This document shows, one piece after another, positions 1-8,238 of a DNA stretch of 32,000 nucleotides. The DNA comes from Ignicoccus hospitalis KIN4/I (GTDB taxonomy: Archaea > Thermoproteota > Thermoprotei_A > Sulfolobales > Ignicoccaceae): NCBI RefSeq assembly GCF_000017945.1, contig NC_009776.1, positions 930,001 through 962,000 on the forward strand. Direction: 5' to 3'. Made by a program: the position numbers and the translations under genes. Position 1 is the first letter of the stretch. Each line of letters opens with the position of its first letter. A model generated the notes under the pieces. That model worked only from the letters and a program-made list of their open reading frames with translations. It did no database searches and was not told the origin of the DNA.

Positions 1-103
1 ATGCGGCTATGGCCTTCTGCCTCACCACCTCGTTCATGTCGCCCTTTATAACAACGGCGTTCGCGCCGGTCTCCGGATCGTACTTCACCAAGACTAACCT
101 CAT
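1..103 (-). CDS. hypothetical protein, 5' end only (gene runs off the left edge)
   Basis: ATG at 103 (cat at 101-103 on + strand) opens the minus-strand frame MRLVLVKYDPETGANAVVIKGDMNEVVRQKAIAA. The frame stays open to base 1. No family recognised. Confidence 0.3.
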   Translation of the reverse strand, partial: MRLVLVKYDPETGANAVVIKGDMNEVVRQKAIAA

Positions 104-165
104 GGCCCCTTCCTCGAACGGGCTCGAAGGGAAGGCTTTATGGTTTGAGCGCCCCCGCAACGTCA

Positions 166-179
166 CTTAAATTTAAATG
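166..179 (+). promoter_or_regulatory. TATA-like box upstream of the PHP gene
   Basis: cttaaatttaaatg is the only AT block in a GC-rich spacer. It is centred about 22 nt upstream of the GTG at 194, which fits a leaderless archaeal transcript. Confidence 0.35.
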
Positions 180-193
180 AAGTCGGAATCTCA

Positions 194-883
194 GTGGGGT
201 TCATTTTGCGCGCTCTAAAGGCAGACCTCCACGTGCATACCACCTACAGCGACGGCCTGGACCCGGTCGAGGTAGTCTTGGAGGCCGCACTGGAAAAGGG
301 ACTTGACGTAATAGCCATAACCGATCACAACACTTTTAAGGGCAGCTTGGCGGCCTCCAAGGTTATAAAGGAAAAAGGGTTGGACTTGGTGCTCGTGTAC
401 GGAAACGAGGTGAGGGCAAGCTACTTGGGAAAGTTAATGGACGTGCTCGTCCTCTGCCCGGAGTACCCGGGGGAGGGGTGGCCGAGGGACGCCTTGACCC
501 TTTACGACTGGGCGGAGAAGAGGGGCTGCCTTTACGTCCCGGCCCACCCCTTCGACTCCCGGAGGTACGGCTGCGGGGAGCTGCTCTACGACTTGGAGGT
601 CCACGCGATAGAGGTCTGGAACGCCAGAGCTCCTAGGTCGTTGAACGAAGAAGCCTTGAGGGCCGCGGAGCTCCTCGGCAAGCCCGGGATAGCTAACAGC
701 GACGCCCACGAGGCCGAACAAGTCGCCTTGGCGCACAGCGTCCTAGAGGCCGAGCCCACCCCCGAAGGGGTCTTGGAGGCCATCTTGAAGGGGAGGGTTA
801 GGGTGGTGAAGGGGAGCGTATCTACCATGGGCTACTTGAAGTACGTAAAGAGGAAGCTCTTAAACAAGAGGAGGCGTTACTGA
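194..883 (+). CDS. PHP-domain metal-dependent phosphoesterase
   Basis: N-terminal ADLHVHTTYSDG and ITDHN motifs, plus later PAHPF and NSDAH histidine motifs, are typical of the PHP family. GTG start. Confidence 0.8.
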   Translation: MGFILRALKADLHVHTTYSDGLDPVEVVLEAALEKGLDVIAITDHNTFKGSLAASKVIKEKGLDLVLVYGNEVRASYLGKLMDVLVLCPEYPGEGWPRDALTLYDWAEKRGCLYVPAHPFDSRRYGCGELLYDLEVHAIEVWNARAPRSLNEEALRAAELLGKPGIANSDAHEAEQVALAHSVLEAEPTPEGVLEAILKGRVRVVKGSVSTMGYLKYVKRKLLNKRRRY

Positions 884-2205
884 AGTTCGAACTTCTCCAT
901 CAACTTGTTCAGCATTCCCCTCTTCCTCTTTAGTTGCCTTATCATCTTCCGAGTCATCTGGTAGTGTTTGAGGAGCTCCTCCACGTCCTTAACGCTCGTG
1001 CCGGAGCCTATGGCTATTCTCCTCATCCTGGACCTGTCTATAATGTTAGGCTTCTCGAGCTCCTCCAAGGTCATGGAGTTCAGTATCGCGAGCCACTTGT
1101 CGAGGACCTTGTCGTCCACTTGTCCTAGGACCTTGTCGTTGAGCGCCAACCCCACCCCCGGGAGCATCTGGAGCAGCTTCTTGAGAGACCCCATCTTCTT
1201 AACTGACACTATTTGGTAGTAGAGGTCCTTCAAGGTTATGTCTCCCTTCTCCAGCACCTTCTGGCTTATCTCCTCCAGCTTGTCGGCCTCTTCCAAGCCC
1301 TTGAGCCTCTCCAGCAGCCCCTCCAGGTCGCCCAGCCCCAGTATTCTTGCGACGAACTTCTTGGGCTTGAACGGTTCCAACTCCTCCAGCTTCTCTCCGG
1401 TGCCCACGAACTTTATGGTGGCCCCCGTGACCGCGACCGCGGAGAGCGCGCCCCCGCCCTTCGCCGTTCCGTCCAGCTTCGTTACCACTATGGACCCTAT
1501 AGGCGTGGTCTTGTGGAAGGCCTCCGCCAACGCCTTCGCTTGCTGACCTATGCTGGCGTCTATAACCAACATGACCTCGTCAGGCTTTATTGCCTCGCTC
1601 ATCTCCTTCATCTCCTTGAGGAGTTCCGCCTCGTTCTTGTGCCTCCCCGCGGTGTCAACTATTATTATTTCAGCGCCTTGGGACTTGGCCCACTCCACCC
1701 CCCTCTTCGCTATGCCAACCGCGTCGTCCCCGGGCTCGGTGTAAAACAAAACCTTCGCCCTCTCGGCGAGCTGGCGGAGCTGGTCCTTCGCCCCCGGCCT
1801 GTAGGTGTCTGCGGCCACCAAGGCGACGCGGTAACCCCTGACCTTGTAGAACCTAGCTAGCTTGCCGGCGGTAGTGGTCTTCCCGCTTCCTTGGACGCCG
1901 ACCATCATTATGACCCACGGCACCTTAGGGGGCTTCAGCTCGGGCTCCTTGTCGCCCCCGAACAAGTTGGCCAGCTCTTCGTAGACTATCTTTACGAACC
2001 AGTCCCTCCTGGAGGCGCCCGGGGGAGGCCTCTCCTTGAGGGCCCTCTCCCTTATCCTCTTGGTAAGTTGTAGCACCAGCTTAACGTTGACGTCAGACTT
2101 TATTAGGGTCTTCTGGAGCTCCTTTATAAATAGGTTGACGGAGGTCTCGTAGTCAGCTGACGACCGGAGGAACTTCTTCACCGCCTCCCTAACTCCGTCG
2201 AGCAA
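877..2205 (-). CDS. srp54: signal recognition particle protein SRP54
   Basis: GTPase motifs [15 protein letters not shown] (G1), DTAGRH (G3) and [10 protein letters not shown] (G4). Met/Lys-rich C-terminal M domain. N terminus (M)[11 protein letters not shown] with TTG start. 442 aa. Confidence 0.95.
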   Translation of the reverse strand: MLDGVREAVKKFLRSSADYETSVNLFIKELQKTLIKSDVNVKLVLQLTKRIRERALKERPPPGASRRDWFVKIVYEELANLFGGDKEPELKPPKVPWVIMMVGVQGSGKTTTAGKLARFYKVRGYRVALVAADTYRPGAKDQLRQLAERAKVLFYTEPGDDAVGIAKRGVEWAKSQGAEIIIVDTAGRHKNEAELLKEMKEMSEAIKPDEVMLVIDASIGQQAKALAEAFHKTTPIGSIVVTKLDGTAKGGGALSAVAVTGATIKFVGTGEKLEELEPFKPKKFVARILGLGDLEGLLERLKGLEEADKLEEISQKVLEKGDITLKDLYYQIVSVKKMGSLKKLLQMLPGVGLALNDKVLGQVDDKVLDKWLAILNSMTLEELEKPNIIDRSRMRRIAIGSGTSVKDVEELLKHYQMTRKMIRQLKRKRGMLNKLMEKFELQ

Positions 2206-2311
2206 AATTGCTAGCCCCAGAACTTATTGGGCAAGGGGTATTTCAAGTAGGGTCACACCGTTCGAAAGCTTTATATTCGAAAAGGAGCCATGCTCAGAGG
2301 GGAAGAAGGGT

Positions 2312-2494
2312 ATGACGACGACCATAACGCCCGAGGAGCTGTTGCTCATCTGCTCCACCTTGGACTTGCCAGAGTGCGAAATGTTGTACGAGACCTTAAG
2401 GGACCCGGTGGCGTTAAGCTTGCTCGGGGAGGAGGGCCTGAGGGAGCTTTTTGAAAAGGTAAGCGAAAAGCTCAGCCGCCAAAGAGCCTCCTAG
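2312..2494 (+). CDS. small acidic hypothetical protein (60 aa)
   Basis: ATG ORF preceded by the AT-rich block ctttatattcgaaaagg (about 2263-2280). Divergent from srp54. No family recognised. Confidence 0.35.
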   Translation: MTTTITPEELLLICSTLDLPECEMLYETLRDPVALSLLGEEGLRELFEKVSEKLSRQRAS

Positions 2495-3464
2495 CCCTCT
2501 TGACGTCCTTGGCACCTATGGTGAGCATCTGGGAGATGTCCACCACCACCTCCCCGGCCGCTATTACTGCCTCGACCTTCGGGTTGGTGGCTATTATCAC
2601 TTCTTCGGGCTCTCCCTTGCCCGCGGTCCAGCCCGGCGGCTCGGAGACGTCCCACACTACCATGTCCGCGTAGTAGCCGGGCTTGAGTTTGCCCACCTTC
2701 TCCAAGCCTAAGACCTCGGCCGCGTTGACGGTAACCGCCTTGAACGCCTCCAGCGCCCCGGTGCCGGTGTAGTACAAGGTCCTTATCACGTTCATCAAGT
2801 TGGTAGTCTTGGAGCCCAGGAAGCCGTACGTCCTAACCCCTCCCCTCTCCAAGAGGACAACGCCCCTCTCCTTCGCTATCCCTTCGGCCTCCTTCAGCAC
2901 TATGCCCTCCTTCGGGGAGACCAGCGGGAGCCCCAGCTCCCTCGCCAGCTTAACCGCTTCCTCGTCGCCGTTGAGCGCCGCCACCCCGGCGTAGATCCTC
3001 TCCTCGTAGCCCTTCCACTTGTTCAACAACAGCCTCAGCTGGTCCTTCCAGCCGGGGGCAGAGGAGTCCACGAAGATGACCGCCCTTATCCCGGCTTGTA
3101 CCACCGCCCTGACCACGGGCTCTACCTTACTCTCTATTGTACCGACCGTAGTGAACCCGCTCAACAAGAGGTCTTGCAGCGCCATCAAGGCCGCGTAGTA
3201 GAGCTCCTCGTCCGTCTCCGCCTCCTTACCTCCAAAGCGGGAGGGGTGCTTCGTGAGGGAGGTGAGCGGACATATCAAGCCCGGGGTGAGGATCCTCCCC
3301 TTCCCGTTGATGTTGTAGGTGGCGAAGGCGTACTCGTCGGGGGGCTCCCCCTTGCCCACCGCCACTATCTTGCCCTTGTTCGCGTAAACGTAGCCCACGT
3401 AGCTCTTTCCGGGCTCCTCGACCACTACGCCGTCCCTAAAGAGGACGCTGTAGCCCTCTTGCAC
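2472..3464 (-). CDS. amidohydrolase-superfamily protein (deaminase-like fold) lacking the canonical HxH motif
   Basis: N-terminal beta-sandwich pattern (..GKIVAVGKGEPP....NGKGRILTPGLI) and C-terminal ADMVVWD are typical of metallo-dependent amidohydrolases. The position where HxH is expected reads CPLTSL. Confidence 0.65.
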   Translation of the reverse strand: MQEGYSVLFRDGVVVEEPGKSYVGYVYANKGKIVAVGKGEPPDEYAFATYNINGKGRILTPGLICPLTSLTKHPSRFGGKEAETDEELYYAALMALQDLLLSGFTTVGTIESKVEPVVRAVVQAGIRAVIFVDSSAPGWKDQLRLLLNKWKGYEERIYAGVAALNGDEEAVKLARELGLPLVSPKEGIVLKEAEGIAKERGVVLLERGGVRTYGFLGSKTTNLMNVIRTLYYTGTGALEAFKAVTVNAAEVLGLEKVGKLKPGYYADMVVWDVSEPPGWTAGKGEPEEVIIATNPKVEAVIAAGEVVVDISQMLTIGAKDVKRARRLFGG

Positions 3465-3494
3465 GCTCCCCTCTCACGAGGGGCGCGGGGGCGG

Positions 3495-4520
3495 TTAAGG
3501 CTTTGGGGCGGCCGACAAGTCCTCCTCGGCCCTCCTGACGAGCTCCTCCAAGAGCTCTTCCAAGCCCTCGCCGGTTTTCAAGGAAAGCTTGAAGGTCCTC
3601 AGCCCCCTGCGGGAAGCCTCCTCTTCCGCCAGCTCGACCTTCCTCTCGTTCGCCACGTCGATCTTGTTCAGCGCCACTACAACTTTCTCCTTACCGACCA
3701 CGTTTATCACGTTGTCCAGCACCTCCGTCTGCTCCTCCACCCCGTACCCCTCCTCGCTTACGTCGTACAAGAATAGCAAAACGTTGGGTAAGTGCCTTAT
3801 AGCTATTACGGCCTTCCTCTCTATCTCATTCAAGGAGTCCCAAGGTCTATCCAATATTCCCGGGGTGTCCACCACTTGGAACCTCCTCCCTCCTCTCTCG
3901 AAGTGACCCAAGTGGACCTGCTTGGTCGTGAAGGGGTAGGAAGCGACTTCCACCTCGGCGGTAGAAACGGCCTTCACGAAGCTCGACTTCCCGGAGGAGG
4001 GCATCCCCGCCACCACAATCCTCGGCTCCTCGAAGTCCACCGAGGGCAAGGAGGCCACCGCGTACTTGAACTCCCTTATGGTGCTAAGGGCCCCCCTCGA
4101 CCTCCTTACCATGCTTAAGGCCCTCCCCACGGCCTCCCTCCTGAACCTCGCCGCCTCCTCCAAGCTCACCGCCGCCCTCACCAGCGCCCGGTAGTCCTCC
4201 CACATCTCCTTGAGCTTCTCCCTAAGCCTCTTCAGACCCGAGGCCGCCGCCCAGTACTTCTGGTAGGGCACCGTCAAGGAGGCCAGCTCCAAGTAGAAGG
4301 GGTGCATGCTTTCCGGCTTGGGGAGCTTGTCTAAGAAGGAGAGCTTGTCTATTATTATTTGGTAAGTCAAGTTCACTCTGTTTATTTCGAGCTCTATTAT
4401 GTGCTTGGGCCTCTTGCTCTTCGGCTTGAGCTCGGGATACCTCTTGAGTACCTTCTTCACTATCTCGTCCGCCGTCGGCACGTGGAGGTGTCTGAAGTAG
4501 TTGGGAGGGTCCTTAAGCAC
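3495..4520 (-). CDS. NOG1-type GTP-binding protein
   Basis: G1 GMPSSGKSSF, G3 DTPGILD and G4 NKID, preceded by about 150 aa of helical NOG1-like N-terminal domain. Confidence 0.8.
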   Translation of the reverse strand: MLKDPPNYFRHLHVPTADEIVKKVLKRYPELKPKSKRPKHIIELEINRVNLTYQIIIDKLSFLDKLPKPESMHPFYLELASLTVPYQKYWAAASGLKRLREKLKEMWEDYRALVRAAVSLEEAARFRREAVGRALSMVRRSRGALSTIREFKYAVASLPSVDFEEPRIVVAGMPSSGKSSFVKAVSTAEVEVASYPFTTKQVHLGHFERGGRRFQVVDTPGILDRPWDSLNEIERKAVIAIRHLPNVLLFLYDVSEEGYGVEEQTEVLDNVINVVGKEKVVVALNKIDVANERKVELAEEEASRRGLRTFKLSLKTGEGLEELLEELVRRAEEDLSAAPKP

Positions 4521-4557
4521 TTCTACCCCCTCCGCCCTCGCCGAGGGAGGTTAAGAT

Positions 4558-4806
4558 ATGTGGGAGAAGCTCTTCGTCCCGCCCCTGGCGGCCTCGTTGC
4601 TCTCCTACCTCTTGCAGTCCAAGGTGGAGGGGAGGGGGAGGAAGCTCTTGACCTTCTGGGCCTCTTGGGCGGCCGTGGGCTCGGCGGTACACGCGCTCTT
4701 AGGCCTGCCCTTGGCCTTGGAGCCGGCCTACCCGCTCTTGGCGCTCTCCACCGGGGCCTTCATGTACAAGGGGGTGAGAGCAGTTGAAGATAAGGGACCT
4801 CGTTGA
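4558..4806 (+). CDS. small membrane protein (hypothetical)
   Basis: 82-aa ORF with two or three hydrophobic helices (PPLAASLLSYLL, WASWAAVGSAVHALLGLPLAL, LLALSTGAF). Same strand as, and just upstream of, the next two genes. Confidence 0.4.
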   Translation: MWEKLFVPPLAASLLSYLLQSKVEGRGRKLLTFWASWAAVGSAVHALLGLPLALEPAYPLLALSTGAFMYKGVRAVEDKGPR

Positions 4807-5164
4807 GGAGGTAAAGACCAATTTGGACGCGTTCGAGGAGATGCTTAAGGAGCTCCAGCAGAGGAGGGAAGAGTTAAAGAAAGAGGTAAGGGAGCTGATG
4901 AAGAGGGCTAAGAGGCTAAGGCTCTTGGAGAGGCACTGCTTTAAGGTGGGGAGGAGCTGCTCGGTGGAGGCTTGCTACACCGGCGTGAGGATAAGCAGGG
5001 GGGTGCTCAGCGTTGATGAGGACTTGGTCCTTTACCTAATAGACGGTTGCAAGGTAGACATAGTGGAGCCGGAGGCGGAGGACTTGTACGAGGCGCTCTT
5101 GAGATTGAAGGAGGTCTCTTCGGAGGCAGTTAAGCAGTTATCGGAGCTCTTGGACTCCCTCTAG
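4784..5164 (+). CDS. coiled-coil hypothetical protein
   Basis: 126-aa ATG ORF. The N-terminal half is K/E-rich heptad-like; the C-terminal half is more globular. Overlaps the preceding ORF by 23 nt. Confidence 0.5.
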   Translation: MKIRDLVEEVKTNLDAFEEMLKELQQRREELKKEVRELMKRAKRLRLLERHCFKVGRSCSVEACYTGVRISRGVLSVDEDLVLYLIDGCKVDIVEPEAEDLYEALLRLKEVSSEAVKQLSELLDSL

Positions 5165-5173
5165 GGCGCGGTA

Positions 5174-5857
5174 TTGGTCGGGGAGCTCTGGGCGGAGGCG
5201 AAGGAAAGGGCCTACAAGAGGATGAAGAAGGATTTGGAAATCGGTTACTTGGACAAGGACATAGTTGACATATTGGAGGACTTCTTCTCCTTGCCCTACG
5301 CGTTCACGAAGTCGAGCTGTTCCGGGAGGGTGACCGCGGTGGACGCGGACTTCCCGTGGTCCAGGGACGGGACCATAGTGTTCAAGGTTCACAGGCCCAT
5401 CTCCTCTGAAGAGCTCATAAAGATATTGGACAAGCCCACCAGCAAGAGGCTCTGGCTCAACGTGCAGGGGCCCATATTTCACGTAGTCGCTAAGGACTTG
5501 GAATCCGCGTTCAAAGTATTGGAGATGGCTAGGAAGGCGGGCTTCAAGCACAGCGGCATCTTGACGGCCAACGAAGAGGGCTGGCTGGTGGAGCTCACCA
5601 CAGGGGTGAGGGCCAACTTGTTGTTGAAAGTGGGGGACGAGGTGTTGGTTAAGCCTTCGGACTCCTTGTTAAAAGCGGTGAACGAGGTGTTGCTACAAGG
5701 GAAGAGGAGGCTTGAGGCCCTCAGACAAGCGCTCCGCGAGGCTAAGGGAGGCCTTGAGCTTGCTGGCCCAAGCGAGGGAGCACTTCGACTCGAGGGGGTC
5801 GCTGGACAGCGAGGGGAGGACCTTGGTGGCCAAGGCGATAAAACTTCTGAAGTCTGA
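5174..5857 (+). CDS. taw3: tRNA wyosine-derivative methyltransferase Taw3/TYW3
   Basis: Hallmark TKSSCSGRV (S-x-S-C-S-G-R) motif and the overall TYW3 pattern. The last ~33 aa (GGLELAGPSEGALRLEGVAGQRGEDLGG..) look like out-of-frame sequence; see findings. Confidence 0.8.
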   Translation: MVGELWAEAKERAYKRMKKDLEIGYLDKDIVDILEDFFSLPYAFTKSSCSGRVTAVDADFPWSRDGTIVFKVHRPISSEELIKILDKPTSKRLWLNVQGPIFHVVAKDLESAFKVLEMARKAGFKHSGILTANEEGWLVELTTGVRANLLLKVGDEVLVKPSDSLLKAVNEVLLQGKRRLEALRQALREAKGGLELAGPSEGALRLEGVAGQRGEDLGGQGDKTSEV

Positions 5858-5963
5858 AGGTTTCAAGGTCAGTTGGAAGAAGGTGAGAAGGTGGGACGAG
5901 GAGAGCTTGGAGAGGCTCTACGCCGCGGCGGAGGGCTTGCTAGAGGAGCACTCGACCCGATAG
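5712..5963 (+). CDS. hypothetical protein, or a frameshifted C-terminal extension of Taw3
   Basis: The frame is open from 5682 and the translation is protein-like (LSLLAQAREHFDSRGSLDSEGRTLVAKAIKLLKSEGFKVSWKKVRRWDEESLERLYAAAEGLLEEH). In-frame TTG codons at 5712, 5754 and 5760. Confidence 0.35.
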   Translation: MRPSDKRSARLREALSLLAQAREHFDSRGSLDSEGRTLVAKAIKLLKSEGFKVSWKKVRRWDEESLERLYAAAEGLLEEHSTR

Positions 5964-6316
5964 CGCTCGCCTCGCTGCTGTTGGTAGCGTTGATACTGTT
6001 CTTCGGGTCCAGGGCGTTAGTAGAGGGGGAACGCCCGAGGGCCTTCGGCCCCAACGCCACTTACGTTAGGGCTTGCGTTAACTCCACCGTCGGGGTGAGG
6101 TTCGAGCTCCCCTCGCCGGCCTCCGTGAGCGCCATGGGCGACGGGGACGGGCTGGCGCTGAGCTACCCCAGCTACGCGGAGGAGAGCTTCGTGCTCAAGA
6201 TAAGGGCGCTGGAGCGGGGCAACTACACGGTCACGGTTACGTTAACGGACCTAAGGACCTTAAGTACAAAAAGGTTCGAGCTTAGGGTTGAGGCCGTCAA
6301 GTGCCCCTCTTCTTGA
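5873..6316 (+). CDS. small secreted or membrane-anchored protein; the true start is probably near 5950-5970
   Basis: The first ~25 aa overlap the previous ORF and look non-coding. From PIALASLLLVALILFFGS (signal/anchor) onward the sequence is beta-rich (NYTVTVTLTDL). Confidence 0.4.
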   Translation: MEEGEKVGRGELGEALRRGGGLARGALDPIALASLLLVALILFFGSRALVEGERPRAFGPNATYVRACVNSTVGVRFELPSPASVSAMGDGDGLALSYPSYAEESFVLKIRALERGNYTVTVTLTDLRTLSTKRFELRVEAVKCPSS

Positions 6317-6974
6317 GCAAGTTCAAGGCCAGCAGTGCTATCACGAAAGCGAGCGTTACGGACTGAGTAAATATGGATACCAACAACAAGTTCTTTATTT
6401 CTTTTAACACTTTGGAGGAAGAGGCCACTCCGACCTCGGGTGCCCCGGTCCCGGCCCCTCCGCCGTTAGCGGGCCCGGTCCAGCCCACGGGGTAGGTCTT
6501 GATCACCTTGGCCCCGTAGTAGTCCCCGAAGGGGGTCGCGTCCCCGTTCGCCGCTAGGGCGGCTACCTTGAACTCTACGGGCTGGGGCTTAGAGGGGGCC
6601 TTCCAAGCGAAGCGCCACTCCCTCTTCATGTGGCCTCGTTCGCTGTGGGTTATGTACACCCCGTCCACGGGGTTGTGGGCAATTATGGTGTTTACCTTAT
6701 CAGTCTGTACGAGCTCGCCCGCACTCGGGTGAACGGCGAAGCCCCCACACCCCGCCATCACCTCCGGGTTGCACGGGTTCACGTCCAGTATCTTCACAGT
6801 TATGTTGTAAATCTTCCCGGGCTCGTAGTACTTGGGGATCCCCTCCACTACCAAGTCCTTCGGAGGGATCGCCTTCGCGTCCACGTGGCACTGGGTGCAG
6901 CTCAAGGTGGGCGCGCCGTTGCTCATCGCGAAGGTCACCACAATTAAGGTCAGCGCGGCCAAGAGAGCCCTCAA
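6297..6974 (-). CDS. putative membrane-anchored monohaem c-type cytochrome-like protein
   Basis: Signal peptide MRALLAALTLIVVTFAMS and a single CTQCH (CxxCH) at 6885-6899. Gly-rich linker and C-terminal TM helix LLLVSIFTQSVTLAFVIALLALNLL followed by KKRGT. Confidence 0.6.
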   Translation of the reverse strand: MRALLAALTLIVVTFAMSNGAPTLSCTQCHVDAKAIPPKDLVVEGIPKYYEPGKIYNITVKILDVNPCNPEVMAGCGGFAVHPSAGELVQTDKVNTIIAHNPVDGVYITHSERGHMKREWRFAWKAPSKPQPVEFKVAALAANGDATPFGDYYGAKVIKTYPVGWTGPANGGGAGTGAPEVGVASSSKVLKEIKNLLLVSIFTQSVTLAFVIALLALNLLKKRGT

Positions 6975-6994
6975 GCGTCCCTCCCGGCGAGTAC

Positions 6995-7028
6995 GGCGTA
7001 ACTCACACTAATTAGGTGAGTTACCGCC
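6995..7028 (-). terminator. strong hairpin between the top6A stop and the cytochrome-like gene start
   Basis: ggcgtaactcac (6995-7006), a 9-nt loop, then gtgagttaccgcc (7016-7028). This gives a 12-bp stem with one bulged C. It could be a terminator or a regulatory element. Confidence 0.35.
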
Positions 7029-7032
7029 GGGC

Positions 7033-8187
7033 TCACTCGATCCAGTCCTTCGTCTGGATCTTCTGAGGCAAGTAAACTTCGGCGAGGAACTTCAAGCCCT
7101 TAACCGCTAGGGCCTCTATCTCTAGCTTCTTCTTCTCTTTTAAGAACAGCTTGAGCTCGTGCATCCACTTCGGAGAGTTCTTGAACCACTCGTACTTCAT
7201 CATCTCGTAGGCCCTCTTGATGTCTCTGTCCTTAGCAACTATTATAACGTTCTTCCTCTCCTTCGGGCTCAGCCAGTTCTTCTCGAACACGTCGCTCATG
7301 CTGACCCCGAGGAACTTCGCGTTCGGGGTGGCGAGCCTCTCGCTCTCGAAGCTCAGGTTTATGCTGCCTGACCTTATCACGCTGAAGATGTACCACCCGT
7401 AGGGGTCGGCGTCCGTGAGGACGTAAACCGGGAGGCCCAACTCTTCGTTTAACCTCCTTATGAACCTCCTGGTCGCCCTGTCCGGCTGGCCGGAGGTGCT
7501 GATGAGTATGCAGTTGTTCCTCTGCCAGAACTTTATCCTGTGGAGCTGCTGAAAGACCGCGTCCTTCTCTATTACTAGTACATACTCTGCGTTCACGTCT
7601 ATGAAGTCTATCAAGTCCGGGGTGGGCTCTATCGCGTAGGCGCCGTGACCCATCTTGCTCAAGTCTATCACGTCGTCGCCGGACCTTATTCTCATGTCGC
7701 CTACTACCTTGCCCTTCTCCTTACTCAATATTAACATCTCCTCCCTCAACATTCCGGTGTATACCTCTACGTCCACTATCAGCGCGTCGCTCTCCTTCTG
7801 CTCGTCCCAAGTGTTCTCTTCCCTCTTTCTCCCCCTTAGGTCCCTGTAGATTATGGTGTGCTTGCCTCTGTAGTACAAGTCACGTATGGTCGGGTACTCG
7901 TCGTTCAACAAGGCCTCATATATCAAGGAAGCCATGAGGAGGGTGTTAGTGAACTTCTTGGCCTCCCCCTTGTCCAAGAACTTCCTCAGTATTGTCCTCT
8001 CGCCCGGCATCAGCATCTTCTTGTCGCTGTCGTAAACCACGTTCGCCTTGGTTCTGGACAGTATCTCCAGCGCGGGCTCCTCCCCCTTCCTTATTTTATC
8101 TATAAGCACCTTGAACTTCTCGAAGAAGGTGTTTATCGCTCTCTTGCGCGCCATTAAGTCTACTTGGGAAGCCACGGTCCACCCCAC
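7033..8187 (-). CDS. top6A: DNA topoisomerase VI subunit A (Spo11 family)
   Basis: IRDLYYRGK catalytic-tyrosine region and Toprim motifs VIEKDAVF and VLTDADPYGWYIF. 384 aa, GTG start. Confidence 0.95.
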   Translation of the reverse strand: MGWTVASQVDLMARKRAINTFFEKFKVLIDKIRKGEEPALEILSRTKANVVYDSDKKMLMPGERTILRKFLDKGEAKKFTNTLLMASLIYEALLNDEYPTIRDLYYRGKHTIIYRDLRGRKREENTWDEQKESDALIVDVEVYTGMLREEMLILSKEKGKVVGDMRIRSGDDVIDLSKMGHGAYAIEPTPDLIDFIDVNAEYVLVIEKDAVFQQLHRIKFWQRNNCILISTSGQPDRATRRFIRRLNEELGLPVYVLTDADPYGWYIFSVIRSGSINLSFESERLATPNAKFLGVSMSDVFEKNWLSPKERKNVIIVAKDRDIKRAYEMMKYEWFKNSPKWMHELKLFLKEKKKLEIEALAVKGLKFLAEVYLPQKIQTKDWIE

Positions 8188-8189
8188 GT

Positions 8190-8216
8190 CAAATATTTAA
8201 AGAGGTTAATTAAGAG
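8190..8216 (-). promoter_or_regulatory. AT-rich promoter region for top6A
   Basis: The minus strand reads ctcttaattaacctctttaaatatttgac immediately upstream of the GTG at 8187. ttaattaa and tttaaatatt are both TATA-like. Confidence 0.35.
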
Positions 8217-8238
8217 AGGCTGAAGGCCACGTCCTTCT

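Noticed and set aside
1213-1860. Long antisense ORFs opposite strong genes: 1213-1860, 3096-3776, 10025-10651, 16816-17625, 17731-18234, 28925-29818, 29796-30668 and 30845-31627
   Set aside because: These are shadow ORFs typical of GC-rich coding DNA. Their translations are low-complexity (Leu/Arg/Pro/Gly/His-rich), and each is fully covered by a motif-supported gene on the other strand.
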